Below are positions 20,878-32,843 of a DNA stretch of 64,000 nucleotides, piece by piece; position 1 is the first letter of the stretch; every line of letters starts with the position of its first letter. The notes beneath the pieces were generated by a model. That model did not search any database. It was not told where the DNA came from and was given only the letters and a program-made list of their open reading frames with translations. The stretch is from NCBI GenBank assembly GCA_034530875.2, contig JAVRCJ020000005.1:300662-364661 (forward strand), in the 5' to 3' direction. Position numbers and translations under genes: made by a program. This stretch comes from Nostoc sp. DedSLP01 (GTDB lineage Bacteria > Cyanobacteriota > Cyanobacteriia > Cyanobacteriales > Nostocaceae).

Positions 20878-21921
20878 TTAAGGTTTCACATTGCTATTTA
20901 CTGTTTCAAGTACTCGGTTTGCTACCTCAGATGGAATCTTGGTGTAGTTGAGGTCATCATTATATTGTTGACCGTCTTTCAATACCCAATTTATCCATTT
21001 CTTGATTGCATCAGACTTGGAAGCATTAGCATACTGTTTGTAAACCATTATCCAAGTCAGACCAACAATAGGATAACCTTGTGATGGATCTCCTACAAAA
21101 ACGCGATAGTTCTGAGGAAAATTCACAGTAGCTAAAGCTGCATTTGCAGACTGCAAAGAAGGAGCAACAAATTCTCCTTGCTTATTTTGAATTTGTGCTG
21201 ATTTCAGGTTATTTTTGAGAGCGTATGCATATTCAACATAACCAATAGAACCAGGAGTGCGAGCTACCAAAGCTGCAACACCGGGATTGCCTTTGCCTTT
21301 AAGGACGTTTGGTAGAGTCCATTTTGGTGTAGTACTAGCTCCAACTCTGCCTTTAAAATAACCATTGATTGTACTCAGATGGTTAGTAAAAATGAAAGTT
21401 GTGCCGCTACCATCGGCGCGAACAACAAATTTAATTGGTTGATTTGGAAGATTTACACCAGGATTATCAGCTTTAATTTTTGCATCATTCCAATTGGTAA
21501 TTTGGCCTGCAAAAATTGCTGGTAGTGTAGAGCGAGATAATTTAAGATTGCTAACACCTGGAATGTTATAAACCACAGAAACGGCACCACCTGCTGTGGG
21601 TACTAAGATGACACCGTTTTTAACTTTAGCGATTTCATCATCTTTCATTGCAGCATCGCTACCACCAAAGTCAACAGTTCCAGCAGTAACTTGACGAATA
21701 CCGCCGCCACTACCAATTGCTTGATAGTTAATTTTCAAGTCTGGATATTTCTTCTTAACTTCACGAGCATACCGTTCGTAAAGTGGAGCCGGAAAAGTTG
21801 CTCCTGCACCATTGAGGGTTTCAGCTTGTGCGATCGCCCCAAACATTGGACTAAGTGCAACAGAAGTTGTCACCAATGAAGTAGCAACGACACGATTCAA
21901 TATGGCGGCCGAAAAAATCAT
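20878..21921 (-). CDS. pstS: Phosphate-binding protein PstS
   Basis: GAGATFPAPLY, GSGGG, DFGGSD, RADGSGTT. Confidence 0.95.
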   Translation of the reverse strand: MIFSAAILNRVVATSLVTTSVALSPMFGAIAQAETLNGAGATFPAPLYERYAREVKKKYPDLKINYQAIGSGGGIRQVTAGTVDFGGSDAAMKDDEIAKVKNGVILVPTAGGAVSVVYNIPGVSNLKLSRSTLPAIFAGQITNWNDAKIKADNPGVNLPNQPIKFVVRADGSGTTFIFTNHLSTINGYFKGRVGASTTPKWTLPNVLKGKGNPGVAALVARTPGSIGYVEYAYALKNNLKSAQIQNKQGEFVAPSLQSANAALATVNFPQNYRVFVGDPSQGYPIVGLTWIMVYKQYANASKSDAIKKWINWVLKDGQQYNDDLNYTKIPSEVANRVLETVNSNVKP

Positions 21922-21987
21922 ATTACCTCTGAATTAAAGGAATATTTTACTGCTGTAATCAAAACCTTAATTAGGGTACATTTCTTA

Positions 21988-22039
21988 TGGTTAAAATTTA
22001 TTTAACAACGGATAAATATGAGATTAAGCTGTGTTTAAA
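21988..22039 (-). promoter_or_regulatory. Cyanobacterial Pho-box (SphR) array upstream of pstS
   Basis: Five 8-mers at exact 11-bp spacing (minus strand: TTTAAACA, CTTAATCT, ATTTATCC, GTTAAATA, TTTAACCA) resembling PyTTAAPyPy(T/A). Confidence 0.75.
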
Positions 22040-22406
22040 AATAAATTTTTAACAATATGTTAAGGTGTGGATATTTGATGCGAATTAATTTAGAAACAAT
22101 ATATTGATAAAAAAATTAAGCTATGTTTAAATACTAAAAAATAGTTAAATGCTAATTAGCGATCGCTTAGTAAGAGACTCTTAAATAATAAAATATCCCA
22201 ATATTTATTGTACGATGGACGTCTAGCCCTTCCTGTGAACTGGGCGGGCTAGAGAGCTTACCCCACAAGATTGAATAATTTATTTCTTGAAATTCCCTAA
22301 ATACGGAATGGTAACTTTTCTGCCACAATTATACGAATCCCTGAAGCAAGTTCTCAATAGACTCAGGGAAACTGTTCAGTTCAAGGCAATATTATGGAGC
22401 TGGATA

Positions 22407-23093
22407 CTAATAAATATATGGAAATAAACGCTTGGTTTGCTGAGAATAAGACTGATATTCTTCACCGAACCGTTCTTCTAACATTTGCTCTTCAATTGCA
22501 ATTCGGTTACCAAACCAAACAACACAGACCATTAACAATAGCCCAGAACCCCATAAGCTTTGTAACATAATGCAAAAGCCAAGAAACAAAAGTATGTAAC
22601 TCGTGTATATGGGATGTCTAATTAAACTGTAGATACCGTCAGTAACTAACCGATGATCTGATTTAATTGTAAGACGGTCAAAGAATTTTCCTAAAGTTTT
22701 GATAGCAACTTGACTAACAATAATTGCAGCACAAATCAAGATTATTCCAGTCACAGTTAAACTTCTATCAACGGCTATATCTGATATCTCCTTTTGCTGT
22801 GAAAAGGTGTATAAACTTATCCAGTGTACGCTCAGTAAACCAACAATAGTAATCAGCGAAGCTACACGTCCAGAAGTAGCTCGAACTTGGCGATCTTCTT
22901 GACGACTCGCTAGCTGACCGTATCGAACAACTCGCCAAACAGTTCCTAAAAAGAAAACAAAATAGCTGATTGATTAAAAAACTACTCTCCAATTTCCTGC
23001 GACTCCAAATTGTGCGGCTGGAATGACAATTAATGCCGCGATAACAGCTAGCAAGGCTAAAATTAATCCCATAGATTTCAGGAACGCTGCCAT
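22407..23093 (-). pseudogene. Isoprenylcysteine carboxyl methyltransferase-family membrane protein interrupted by one in-frame TAA (22974-22976)
   Basis: ATG at 23093 (MAAFLKSMG...WRVVF*SISYFVFFLGTVW...) is in frame with the 22407-22754 ORF, which carries HRLVTDGIYSLIRHPIY and EEQMLEERFGEEY. Confidence 0.8.
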
Positions 23094-23214
23094 AAATATA
23101 AACTCCTGAGCAATGAAGTATATAGATTTAGACCTGACAGTGAACACTGCCAAACAGTCTCAGACTGTTGTCATACAAACAAATTAAAGCTCTTATACTA
23201 TTGTTTGCCTAGCC

Positions 23215-24153
23215 TCAACTTAATTTCAAAACATCACTCATGGTTGCACAGTAATTTGATAACCCAAAACTGCTAGGATTAACTGCATTTTCATAAGTAA
23301 AATGTCGATAATTCATACAAAACCTATCCCAAGCAGCCATGCGAATACGGAACAAAACAATAATCAAATTTGCTAAAGCTATAGATACGGGAATACGAAA
23401 GTAAATCTTTTTGCCAAAATAAGCGCAAACTTGTTCCACTGCTTGATTAGCAGTTAATTTTGCTTGACCTAAAACAAACTGATGTGGTTCATCCTTTTGA
23501 GGAGAATGTTCTATTAAATATCGCACTACAGTTGCAATGTCTCGCCCGTGGATAAAATGAAAACTACCATCTGCATTCAAAAAGCGAATCAAATTAATAT
23601 ATTTGGTAACTTCTCTAATACCAGATGTGACAGCAGAATAGGGTTTATTAGCATCACCACCCAAAACTATAGTTGGAAAAACCGTGGTGATTTTGTGAGC
23701 TATTTCTAATTTTTCTTTTTGATGTAAGCACTCATATTTAGAACGGATATAATCTGTACCGATTTCTCCCGCTTCTTTTAATGGTTGATTGTGGTTATCC
23801 AAAACGCTAGCTGTGGAAAAATAAATTACCTGTTGGCATTTATTTGGATCTAGCAGCTTCATCAACTCTATAGTTTTGTTAACATTAATATCAAATGTCT
23901 GGTCGCCACCCCAAGCTGTAGCTGTGAGTACTGCTGTATCAATTGTTGATAATAAATCGGCAAATTGGCTAATGTTTTGCATATCACCTTGCAAAACATT
24001 TATTCCTGGACGTGCTTGAGTATCAATTTGTAGTTTAGTGGGGTTTCTAACTAGCAGAAACAATTCGTAATCTGTTTCTTGAATTAAGGCTTCTGTTAAA
24101 TAATGACCTATACAACCACTTGCACCAGTTACAAAAATCCGTTTCTGGCTCAT
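23215..24153 (-). CDS. NAD-dependent epimerase/dehydratase family protein
   Basis: FVTGASGCIG and YIRSK; downstream of hemE. Confidence 0.85.
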   Translation of the reverse strand: MSQKRIFVTGASGCIGHYLTEALIQETDYELFLLVRNPTKLQIDTQARPGINVLQGDMQNISQFADLLSTIDTAVLTATAWGGDQTFDINVNKTIELMKLLDPNKCQQVIYFSTASVLDNHNQPLKEAGEIGTDYIRSKYECLHQKEKLEIAHKITTVFPTIVLGGDANKPYSAVTSGIREVTKYINLIRFLNADGSFHFIHGRDIATVVRYLIEHSPQKDEPHQFVLGQAKLTANQAVEQVCAYFGKKIYFRIPVSIALANLIIVLFRIRMAAWDRFCMNYRHFTYENAVNPSSFGLSNYCATMSDVLKLS

Positions 24154-24229
24154 AAATAATTTATAAAAAGTTAGGAGTTAAAAATCAAGATTTAATTATA
24201 AAGTTAAAAGTTCCGAATCAGCTTTGTAA

Positions 24230-24300
24230 ATTTTGGATTTTAGATTTTAGATTTTGGATTTTTTCTACAATCCAAAATCCAAAATTCAAAATCCAAAATT
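24230..24300. repeat. Inverted heptamer STRR tracts (ATTTTGG/ATTTTAG vs CCAAAAT)
   Basis: Tandem 7-mers followed by their reverse complements. Confidence 0.8.
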
Positions 24301-24309
24301 GAATAGCTC

Positions 24310-25371
24310 CTAAGGCGTAACTGCTGCTAAATTCAGTTGCTTTGCAGTTTCAAAGAAGAAAGCGACATTTTCTTCTGGAGTTTCTGGTAAAACGCCGTGA
24401 CCGAGATTGAGAATGTGACCCCAATTGCCGGCTTTGCGAACGGTATCATAAATACGATCGCGGATAAATTCCTTAGAGCCAAATAACACGCCTGGGTCAA
24501 GGTTTCCTTGGACTTTGATTTGTTTGCCCAATCTTGCCCGTGCATCTGCCATATCCACTGCCCAGTCTACAGTAACGATATCTGCGCCAGATTTGCCCAT
24601 TCTTTCCAACACGCCTGCACTACCGCTAACTAGCAAAATCAACGGTGTATCGGGGTGGGTTTGCTTAACTTGCTGGAAAACTCTCTGCTGATAAGGCAAA
24701 GCAAAGGTGTCATAATCTTGGGGGCTTAATTGACCCGCCCAAGAATCGAACATTTGGACAACTTGAGCGCCAGAGTCAATTTGATAGCGGGCATAGATGG
24801 CGATCGCATCTGCTAATTTTGTTAACAATTGATGCAAAATCGTCGGGTCAGAAAATGCCATATTTTTGATGATGGAATAGGTTTTAGAACCTTTTCCTTC
24901 CACCGCGTAAGCAGCTAACGTCCACGGCGCACCCACAAAACCCAATACCGTTGATTTATCGCCAACTTCAGAGCGTAGCGCCTGCAAAATTGTTTTGATA
25001 AAAGGTAGAGCTGCTTCTGGTTCTAGGGGACGCAGGTTCTCAATTTGCTCTTGAGTGCGGAGAGGCGAGTGAATGATTGGCCCTTTACCTTCGGCAATGT
25101 CCATATCAATGCCCAAACCAGGTAATGGGGTGACAATATCAGAAAATAAAATTACTCCATCTGGCTGGAAGGCTCTCCAAGGTTGCAAGGAAACTTCAAT
25201 TGCGACTTCTGGAATTTCCGAGCGATCGCGAAACGAAGGATACTTTTCTCTTAAATCTCGATATGCTTTCATATATCGTCCCGCTTGTCGCATCATCCAT
25301 ACAGGGGGACGATCTACTACTTCACCACGAGCAGCACGTAAGAGATGAGGAGTTGTTAACGAAACGCCCAT
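24310..25371 (-). CDS. hemE: Uroporphyrinogen decarboxylase
   Basis: [23 protein letters not shown]. Confidence 0.97.
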   Translation of the reverse strand: MGVSLTTPHLLRAARGEVVDRPPVWMMRQAGRYMKAYRDLREKYPSFRDRSEIPEVAIEVSLQPWRAFQPDGVILFSDIVTPLPGLGIDMDIAEGKGPIIHSPLRTQEQIENLRPLEPEAALPFIKTILQALRSEVGDKSTVLGFVGAPWTLAAYAVEGKGSKTYSIIKNMAFSDPTILHQLLTKLADAIAIYARYQIDSGAQVVQMFDSWAGQLSPQDYDTFALPYQQRVFQQVKQTHPDTPLILLVSGSAGVLERMGKSGADIVTVDWAVDMADARARLGKQIKVQGNLDPGVLFGSKEFIRDRIYDTVRKAGNWGHILNLGHGVLPETPEENVAFFFETAKQLNLAAVTP

Positions 25372-25763
25372 TTATCACTTCATCCTAAGTCACTTTTTTA
25401 TGCCATTGTTTAGCTTATCATTCTGAGATTGCGCTTTTTCAGAATAAAAGGGGAGTGGAGAATAGGGAGTGGGGAGTAGGGAAGATAAGGGGATTAGGGA
25501 CTTATTTTTGTAAATAATTTACAAAATTTTATTGACGAAGTAGAGAGTAGGGCATGGGAGAGATAAGGGGATTAGGGACTGAGACTCAGAAATAGGATAA
25601 AACAAGAATCGATATTGAATTGGGCAAGCAGGGTATGGGCTAAACAGGGCATTGGTTATCTTCCCGAAGTTCCGATCGGAGGAAACCTCCGCTCAGACTT
25701 CTCTCCTTGTCTCCCTCATCTCTCCTACTCCCCACTCCCTACTCCCCACTCCCCTAATTTCTT

Positions 25764-26492
25764 ATGCAAACTGACTCCAACAGTCCCGATGGCATTACAT
25801 CTGTTAATAACGAGCTTAACCCAGGAAAATTTTTGATTCCGCGATCGCAGCGACAGAAATTCTTTTTTCAGTTTACTTTAATGACTCTAATCGGATGGGT
25901 TGTGGGTGGCGTTGCTAGTATCGCGCTAGAGAAACTGATTCTCCAAAATTTATCGCTAGAGCCGCAAACCTGGAGCATTGTGGTTAGATGCTTGAGTAAC
26001 GTTGTGTTTGCGCTGATTTTTGCCGCCGACCAAGCCATTGTTATTTACCGATATTTACCTGGTTGGCAATGGATATTTGCTACTAGTGTTGGTTGGTTAA
26101 TTGCTAACGGTGTTTCTACAGCTTGGATTAACTATATTTCATCTTTTGCCTCATCGTTCAATGAAACTTTATCGCCAGAACAGATTTTTATTTTGGGGTT
26201 TCTATCTGCGATCGCCTATATTATTTCTGGCATTTGGCTAGGCATTTGCCAATGGCTGGTATTAAGAAAATATACAGCAAGTGCTTGGTGGTGGAATTTT
26301 TTACCTTCTATTTCTTTCTTCTTAATTACTATTTTGGTTTGGTTACTTTTTCTTATCCAAAATCTCATTCCCGAAGCAAATCGTAATTTTATATTGTATT
26401 GGAGTGGACAAGCATTTACAGCAATCATTCTCGGAGCGATACCAGCAATTGGCTTGTGTACTTTGAAAAGAAATTTACCCCGCCAAAGTTAA
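25764..26492 (+). CDS. Hypothetical multi-pass membrane protein
   Basis: Several hydrophobic segments with repeated GW and QWLVLR motifs. Confidence 0.7.
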   Translation: MQTDSNSPDGITSVNNELNPGKFLIPRSQRQKFFFQFTLMTLIGWVVGGVASIALEKLILQNLSLEPQTWSIVVRCLSNVVFALIFAADQAIVIYRYLPGWQWIFATSVGWLIANGVSTAWINYISSFASSFNETLSPEQIFILGFLSAIAYIISGIWLGICQWLVLRKYTASAWWWNFLPSISFFLITILVWLLFLIQNLIPEANRNFILYWSGQAFTAIILGAIPAIGLCTLKRNLPRQS

Positions 26493-26653
26493 ATTCCTCG
26501 ATAAGGTTTTTGTCAGAATTGAGAATGAGCTAGCTAAGTACAACATTTGATTAATTCCTAGCGATTTCTCCGCGTTCCTTTGCGTTTACCCCTGCGCCCC
26601 TTTGCGTTTAGATTTCAACCCTCAATTCACCACGTGTTATGGTGTGATATTTC

Positions 26654-27553
26654 TCAATCATCGATCGCCAATATCCCTGCATCCCCATCCAAAGTTGCTT
26701 GTACGCCCACAGGTAAGGCTGCGTTAGGGCTATTGTGACCAAAGGGCAAATCAGAGACTACAGGAATCCCCAAATCAGCAAAGCGATCGCGCAATACTTC
26801 TTCAACACTAAAGCTAGGCACGTTTGGCGGCGCTTCACACCGAGTAAAACCGCCTAAAGCTATGCCACGAACCTTTGCTAATACACCACTTAAACGCCAC
26901 TGTGTAAGCATTCTATCGATGCGATAGGGCGCTTCTGTGACATCCTCCAGTGCTAAAATCGCGCCATTGAAATTTGGTTGAATTGGCGTACTTAAAAGAT
27001 GAGTTGCAACTGTCAAGTTTCCTGGTAGCAAAACGCCACTTGCAATTCCACCACCCCAGCCAAAACCTTTAATAGCAGCAACAGAACGACCTTCCACCAA
27101 ATCAAACAATCGCTCGATTGACCAATCTGGCTCATCAACAAGGGTTGTCAGCACGGGGCCGTGAACGCCGGAAATGCCTGCGTTATAAAGGCTCCATAAC
27201 AGCGCAGTGATGTCAGAAAAGCCAATCAACCACTTGGGAGGTTCTGAATTATTTTGCCAATGCCAATTTTCTAAAATGCGGGTGCTACCGAAACCACCTC
27301 TGGCGCAGAGAATACCGCGACAATCTGGATCTTGCCATGCTGTTGCAAGCTGGTTGCTTCGGTTTTCATCGTTACCCGCTAAATATCCCCATTTGTCATT
27401 TATCTTGGGGCATATTTGAATTTTGTAGCCACGCGATCGCCAAATTTCTATACTTCGCTCAAACGCCTCAAATTCTCGTAAAGCACCACTAGGAGCAATG
27501 ACTCGTAGTAAGTCACCAGGCTTGAGGGGTGGTGGCAGGATTGTAGATTTCAT
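26654..27553 (-). CDS. LD-carboxypeptidase (peptidase S66)
   Basis: VIAPSG, ARGGFG, GFSDITAL, GNL, PFGH. Confidence 0.92.
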   Translation of the reverse strand: MKSTILPPPLKPGDLLRVIAPSGALREFEAFERSIEIWRSRGYKIQICPKINDKWGYLAGNDENRSNQLATAWQDPDCRGILCARGGFGSTRILENWHWQNNSEPPKWLIGFSDITALLWSLYNAGISGVHGPVLTTLVDEPDWSIERLFDLVEGRSVAAIKGFGWGGGIASGVLLPGNLTVATHLLSTPIQPNFNGAILALEDVTEAPYRIDRMLTQWRLSGVLAKVRGIALGGFTRCEAPPNVPSFSVEEVLRDRFADLGIPVVSDLPFGHNSPNAALPVGVQATLDGDAGILAIDD

Positions 27554-28857
27554 CTAGGTTGTAAAGAATCCCAAATTGAATCGAGGTTTGCTTGGGCTTT
27601 TGCGAGTGCTGTTTCTGGAGATGCACCTAGCACAGTCGCTTCAATTGCTCTACCAAGAGCATCAGACAAACGACTATAACCAGGAATAATAGGTCTATTA
27701 CCTGATATAGGCATCAAGTCAAGAAAAGTTTTCATTACAGGTTTTTGCTTCAGATATTCTTGATAAGCTTGACTTTGGGCTGATTTAATATTTGTTGGTA
27801 AAAAACCCGATTTAATACTCCATTCTGTTTGGAATTCTTCACTCATCACGTACTCAAAAAATTTAAGTGCAGCTTGTTCTTTTTCGGATGTAGTTTTCAT
27901 CAAAAACAAATTTCCACTACCTTTAACTGAGGCTTGCTGGACATTTGCAGGTATGGGAAATACTTTATAATCAACATCAGACTTCATGATATAAGTCCAA
28001 GGCCCTGTAATTTGCATCGCCACACGACCTGAAATAAAAGCATCTTCCTCATAACCTCGTTCTGGCGGAGAAAGAGTTGCCGAACCATCTTTTAATAGGG
28101 TTTGCCAAAATTTTAAGGCAGCGATCGCTCCCGGATTCGTCAAATTTGGGCGATTATTGGTGACAATCTCTCCTTTAGCACTTAACAAAAACGGAAACCA
28201 ACTAAAAACAGTCCATTCCGCCTTACCTAAAGGCAATAACATGCCATACTGTTCCGGTCGATTGTCACCATTGCGGTCTATAGTTAATTTTTTGGCAACT
28301 TCCCTCAATTCATCCCAAGTCTTAGGTGTTTCTTTAATTCCTGCGGCTTCAAAAAGTTTAGGACGGTAAAAAATGCCCATGTTAGCAGTAGTCAGAGGAA
28401 CTGACCAAATGTGGCCGTTAAATTCCAATTCCTCAAATAAACTAGGAAAAATTTCCGACTTTTGTGGCAATTTTGCTAGCCAATCATCCACAGGGCGAAT
28501 TGCATCTAATTCTACAAACTGACCTGTAATTTGAGGATAGAAAGACAAGATATCTGGAGGCGAATTGCCAACAACTGCTGTTAAGATTTTCGGTAATAAT
28601 TGGTCTATTTGACCTGCATATATAGAATCTACATAAATATCAGGATGAGTCTGATTAAATTTATCTACTAGATTTTGAAAAGCACCCCGATTAGCAGGTG
28701 GATTAATGCTTTGCCATAGTGTCAGATGAATTACACCATCATTTTTTGGTATTGTACTTTGACAACCAAATAAAAATAATAGACAGACACTCAGAACAAT
28801 TCCGAAGAATGAACTTTGCCACTTATAACCAGTACACCAATGAAATATATTTTTCAT
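27550..28857 (-). CDS. Sugar-type ABC transporter substrate-binding lipoprotein
   Basis: Lipobox-like LFGC, PKTWDEL, GRVAMQITGPW. Confidence 0.88.
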   Translation of the reverse strand: MKNIFHWCTGYKWQSSFFGIVLSVCLLFLFGCQSTIPKNDGVIHLTLWQSINPPANRGAFQNLVDKFNQTHPDIYVDSIYAGQIDQLLPKILTAVVGNSPPDILSFYPQITGQFVELDAIRPVDDWLAKLPQKSEIFPSLFEELEFNGHIWSVPLTTANMGIFYRPKLFEAAGIKETPKTWDELREVAKKLTIDRNGDNRPEQYGMLLPLGKAEWTVFSWFPFLLSAKGEIVTNNRPNLTNPGAIAALKFWQTLLKDGSATLSPPERGYEEDAFISGRVAMQITGPWTYIMKSDVDYKVFPIPANVQQASVKGSGNLFLMKTTSEKEQAALKFFEYVMSEEFQTEWSIKSGFLPTNIKSAQSQAYQEYLKQKPVMKTFLDLMPISGNRPIIPGYSRLSDALGRAIEATVLGASPETALAKAQANLDSIWDSLQPR

Positions 28858-28876
28858 ACTAAGTATTTAGCCAAAT

Positions 28877-29530
28877 TTAAGATATTTTATCTATAAAAAT
28901 CTTAGTAGTGCTAGTATCCGACCTAGTATAAATATATGTTTCTGGTTCTTTGATTCTTTGAGTTTTAAATATTTTTTCAGCCCTAGACCACAATTCTGCA
29001 TCTTCTCCATAATGAACATTATTAAATCCCTTCACTTCCCAGAATACTTTTCTTTTGCCGAAAAATGTTCCGCCTACAACACATTCTCGAATGCTAATTT
29101 TTTCCCCTGGTTTAAAAAAGTCGGCAACGAAGAACTCTTCTTCGATTTCCCATCCGCCTTCAATTAAATCAATTTCGGGATTAGCTTTCATATATTCAAA
29201 GCGCGACTCTAGATGATTATTTTTGTATGTGTCATCGCTATCTATGAATGTGATGTAGTTCCCGAATGAAGCTTGGATACCTGCATTCCTTGCAAAAGCA
29301 GCTTTTCGATTTTGATGTTTTAGATAACGAATATTTTCGTATTGTTGTAAATAAGAATTAACAACTGTAAAAGTCTCATCTTGACTTCCATCATCAACTA
29401 TGAGTAGTTCCCAATTCTTAAAGGTTTGCTCTAGAACACTATTAATACAATCGTTTAAATACTTTTCTCGGTTATAAGTAGATAAAATAATCGAAATTTC
29501 TGGATGAGGGTAAAAATTTATACTAAGCAT
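28877..29530 (-). CDS. Glycosyltransferase family 2
   Basis: STYNR, VDDGSQD, ARNAG, FIDSDD. Confidence 0.9.
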   Translation of the reverse strand: MLSINFYPHPEISIILSTYNREKYLNDCINSVLEQTFKNWELLIVDDGSQDETFTVVNSYLQQYENIRYLKHQNRKAAFARNAGIQASFGNYITFIDSDDTYKNNHLESRFEYMKANPEIDLIEGGWEIEEEFFVADFFKPGEKISIRECVVGGTFFGKRKVFWEVKGFNNVHYGEDAELWSRAEKIFKTQRIKEPETYIYTRSDTSTTKIFIDKIS

Positions 29531-29605
29531 TATGAGAAATAACTTGACAAGAATTATTTTGAAGTCAGTATAACTTGTAAGTAGTTTATCTAAAAGTCAA
29601 AACTG

Positions 29606-29983
29606 ATGTTTGACCATCTATCCTTCGGGGTGAGTAGTTTAGAACGCAGTCTAGCTTTCTATGATGCGGTGCTTGCGCCTTTAGGTATCAAGCGGCTGTT
29701 TAATTTGACTGATATTGCTGGTTATGGTGCTGACAGTTTTCCCAGATTTTGGCTTGTGAGTCGCCAAAAGTTTACGCATGAGGTATCAAGGGGCTTCCAT
29801 CTGGCATTTGTGGCTAATAATCGTGCTGCTGTCGATGCTTTTTACGAACAAGCGATCGCTTTAGGAGCTAAAGACGATGGTAAACCAGGATTACGTCTAA
29901 ATTATCATCCCAATTATTATGCCGCTTTTGCGATCGACCCTGATGGGTATCGCATAGAGGCAGTTTGTCATGAACCGACATAA
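29606..29983 (+). CDS. VOC/glyoxalase family protein
   Basis: FDHLSFGV, HLAF, YYAAFAIDPDGYRIEAVC. Confidence 0.9.
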   Translation: MFDHLSFGVSSLERSLAFYDAVLAPLGIKRLFNLTDIAGYGADSFPRFWLVSRQKFTHEVSRGFHLAFVANNRAAVDAFYEQAIALGAKDDGKPGLRLNYHPNYYAAFAIDPDGYRIEAVCHEPT

Positions 29984-30029
29984 TTGGGCATTGGGCATTA
30001 ATCTCCGCGTCCCCGCGTCTCCCCATCTC

Positions 30030-32660
30030 TTACTGTGGCAAACCCTCAACTCGCATCAAATCTAATTCGCGTTCAAATATTTCATCAATAGGCAACATTT
30101 GACCGTCAACAGTCATAAATTTATGGTCTTTTGTTGCCCGAATCACCGAACCGTCTTCTAAAGAATACTCAAAAACTTCTTGCTGTCCGCGATTATGCCA
30201 CTGGGCAATAGGTTGACTATAAATATTTCCATTACTATCAACGCTGTAGACACTACATTCAATTTCTTTTTCTACAATCTCACCAATCGGCAAAAACCCA
30301 TATTCTACCGTTAAAATTTGCGTATCATAACTTAAACAATATTCAGCAAACTTCAACATTTGCTCGAATAATTCATCAGCAACTTGTTTTTTTACACCAT
30401 TTTTTGCCGCACCATCAACGAATTTTTCTCGCTGCTTTTGCATCTCAGAAACTTTCTTTTTCCCCATCGCCCGACGCAGTAAGTCAGCTTGACCTAAGGA
30501 ATATCCAGCCATATCTTGAGCAATTTTCATGATTTGCTCTTGATAGACCATGATTCCATAAGTTTCGTCTAATATTGGTTCTAAAATATTGTGTTCGTAA
30601 TCAATCTTTTCTCGGCCGTGTTTGCGGTTAATAAATTTAGGAATCAGTCCCGCATCTAATGGCCCCGGCCGATAAAGTGCCAAAATTGAAGAAATATCTT
30701 CTATATTAGAAGGCTTCAAATCTCGGACTATTTGACGCATTCCAGAAGATTCTAATTGAAATATTCCTTCTAATTCACCTGCTTCTAATAATTCGTAAGT
30801 CTTTTGTACATCTTTTGGTAGGTTGCTATGTTCGCCTTTAGCTAATATCTTTTGTGCTTTTCTTTCTTGTTGAGTAATTTCATCTGGATCGACGCGATAT
30901 CCTTTGGTTTCTTCAATTAGATCGAGGGTTTTTTGAATCAGGGTCAGGTTACGCAAACCCAGAAAGTCCATTTTCAGCAAACCCATTGATTCTAGGTCTT
31001 CCATGAAATATTGAGTAATCACGGAACCGTCATTATTCTTTTGTAGCGGTACAATTTCATCCAGTGGTTCGTCTGAAATCACCACACCTGCTGCATGAAC
31101 TCCAAAGGTTTTGTTAGTTCCTTCAATTCGCATCGCCATATCAATCCAATGACGAACATGCGGTTCTCGATCGTATTTTTCTTTAAACTCTGGTTCTGGA
31201 GTTGCATCGGAAATCATCACCTTGAGTTTAGTAGGTTTCCCCCGCACCACAGGAATTAATTTCGCCATTTTGTCGGCTTCACCATAAGGAATATTTAATA
31301 CCCTGGCGACATCTTTCAAAACGGCTTTAGAAGTTAAGCGGTTAAAGGTAATAATTTGAGCAACTCTATCTGCACCATATTTCTCAGTTACGTAATCAAT
31401 AACTTTATCGCGTTGTTCAATACAGAAATCCGTATCAATATCAGGCATGGATTTCCGTTCTGGATTCAAAAATCGCTCAAATAATAGCCCATGATGTACG
31501 GGGTCAATATTCGTGATTCGCATCGCATAAGCAACTAACGAACCAGCGGCCGAACCGCGCCCAGGACCAACAGGAATATTATTATCTCTGGCAAATTTAA
31601 TATAGTCCCATACAACTAAAAAGTATTTAGAAAAACCCATTTGCTGAATCATTTTCAGTTCGTATTCCAATCTTTCTTTGTAGACGGAATCTACTTCATT
31701 TCGGGATTTCCGATTTAATCTTTCTAAAAGTCCTTTCCACGCAACTTCTTCAGCGTAAGTATCAGCAGTATGACCGGAAGGAATTGGTGGAGTAGGAATT
31801 TGAGGCTCACCCATAATATGGTAAGGCTCGACTTTATCAGCGACTTCTTCAGTGGTGGCTACAGCTTCTGCAATGACATCATCTGGTAAATGGTCGCGGA
31901 ATAGCAGCTTCATCTCTTCGGCAGATTTGAGATATTCTGTACCGCTATAACGCATCCGATTATCTTCAATAATTAGCTTGCCAGTTTGAATACATAGCAA
32001 AGCGTCGTGGGCTTCAACGTCAAAACAAGAAATAAAATGCGAATCATTAGTAGCAACAAATTTAATTCCTAGTTCTCGCGCAATTTTGACTATTTCAACA
32101 TTTACAATTCGGTCTTCTTGGGAACCGTGGTCTTGAATTTCTAAATAATAATCATCGCCAAATACATCTTTATACCACTGAGCAACTTTCCGGGCTGCAT
32201 CTGGTCTGCCACTGAGAATTGCTTGAGGAATTTCTCCACCCAAACAAGCACTAGTAACAATCAACCCTTCATGATATTGTTTGAGTAAATCTTTATTAAT
32301 ACAAGGACGAGAAAAAATTCCTTTGCCTTGAACGCCTTTGAGGTTAGAAATACTAGTTAATTTGACTAAATTTTTGTAACCTTTTGTATTTTTAGCTAAA
32401 ACAACTTGATGATATCTCGGACGGCGTTCTTGTTTTTCAATATCGCCGTTAATGATATACATTTCGTTACCGATAATCGGCTTAATATTTTGACTGCGGC
32501 AAATTTTAATTAATTCAACCGCGCCATACATAACACCATGATCGGTAAGGGCGATCGCTTTCATTCCCAATGCGATCGCTCTTTCCACTAACTCTGGTAG
32601 CTGACTTGCTCCATCGAGCAAACTGTAGTCACTGTGAATATGCAAAGGCACAAAAGACAT
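30030..32660 (-). CDS. dnaE-N: DNA polymerase III alpha subunit, N-terminal half, fused to split N-intein
   Basis: PHP domain ([12 protein letters not shown]), [16 protein letters not shown]; ends KFAEY|CLSY...; probable ATG at 32660. Confidence 0.97.
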   Translation of the reverse strand: MSFVPLHIHSDYSLLDGASQLPELVERAIALGMKAIALTDHGVMYGAVELIKICRSQNIKPIIGNEMYIINGDIEKQERRPRYHQVVLAKNTKGYKNLVKLTSISNLKGVQGKGIFSRPCINKDLLKQYHEGLIVTSACLGGEIPQAILSGRPDAARKVAQWYKDVFGDDYYLEIQDHGSQEDRIVNVEIVKIARELGIKFVATNDSHFISCFDVEAHDALLCIQTGKLIIEDNRMRYSGTEYLKSAEEMKLLFRDHLPDDVIAEAVATTEEVADKVEPYHIMGEPQIPTPPIPSGHTADTYAEEVAWKGLLERLNRKSRNEVDSVYKERLEYELKMIQQMGFSKYFLVVWDYIKFARDNNIPVGPGRGSAAGSLVAYAMRITNIDPVHHGLLFERFLNPERKSMPDIDTDFCIEQRDKVIDYVTEKYGADRVAQIITFNRLTSKAVLKDVARVLNIPYGEADKMAKLIPVVRGKPTKLKVMISDATPEPEFKEKYDREPHVRHWIDMAMRIEGTNKTFGVHAAGVVISDEPLDEIVPLQKNNDGSVITQYFMEDLESMGLLKMDFLGLRNLTLIQKTLDLIEETKGYRVDPDEITQQERKAQKILAKGEHSNLPKDVQKTYELLEAGELEGIFQLESSGMRQIVRDLKPSNIEDISSILALYRPGPLDAGLIPKFINRKHGREKIDYEHNILEPILDETYGIMVYQEQIMKIAQDMAGYSLGQADLLRRAMGKKKVSEMQKQREKFVDGAAKNGVKKQVADELFEQMLKFAEYCLSYDTQILTVEYGFLPIGEIVEKEIECSVYSVDSNGNIYSQPIAQWHNRGQQEVFEYSLEDGSVIRATKDHKFMTVDGQMLPIDEIFERELDLMRVEGLPQ
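30033..30338 (-). other. DnaE split intein, N fragment (102 aa)
   Basis: [14 protein letters not shown]...[11 protein letters not shown]...ELDLMRV, then stop; Npu/Ssp DnaE-type IntN. Confidence 0.95.
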
Positions 32661-32843
32661 AAGCATCTCCAAGCACAAGCCAAAAATATCTCTTAGGGTT
32701 TACCCTATATAAGCCGGATTTTGCAAAGCAACGGAATCTTAGATTAGCAGTTTTTAACCAAAAATAAAGCTCCCGTTTTTCCGGATTCCTCACTACTACA
32801 AGTGTTGTTTTAATAGTTACAGCAGTTCATCCGCATCTAACCA

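Noticed and set aside
22768..22992. 74-aa minus-strand ORF
   Set aside because: Alternative frame within the nonsense-interrupted methyltransferase gene.
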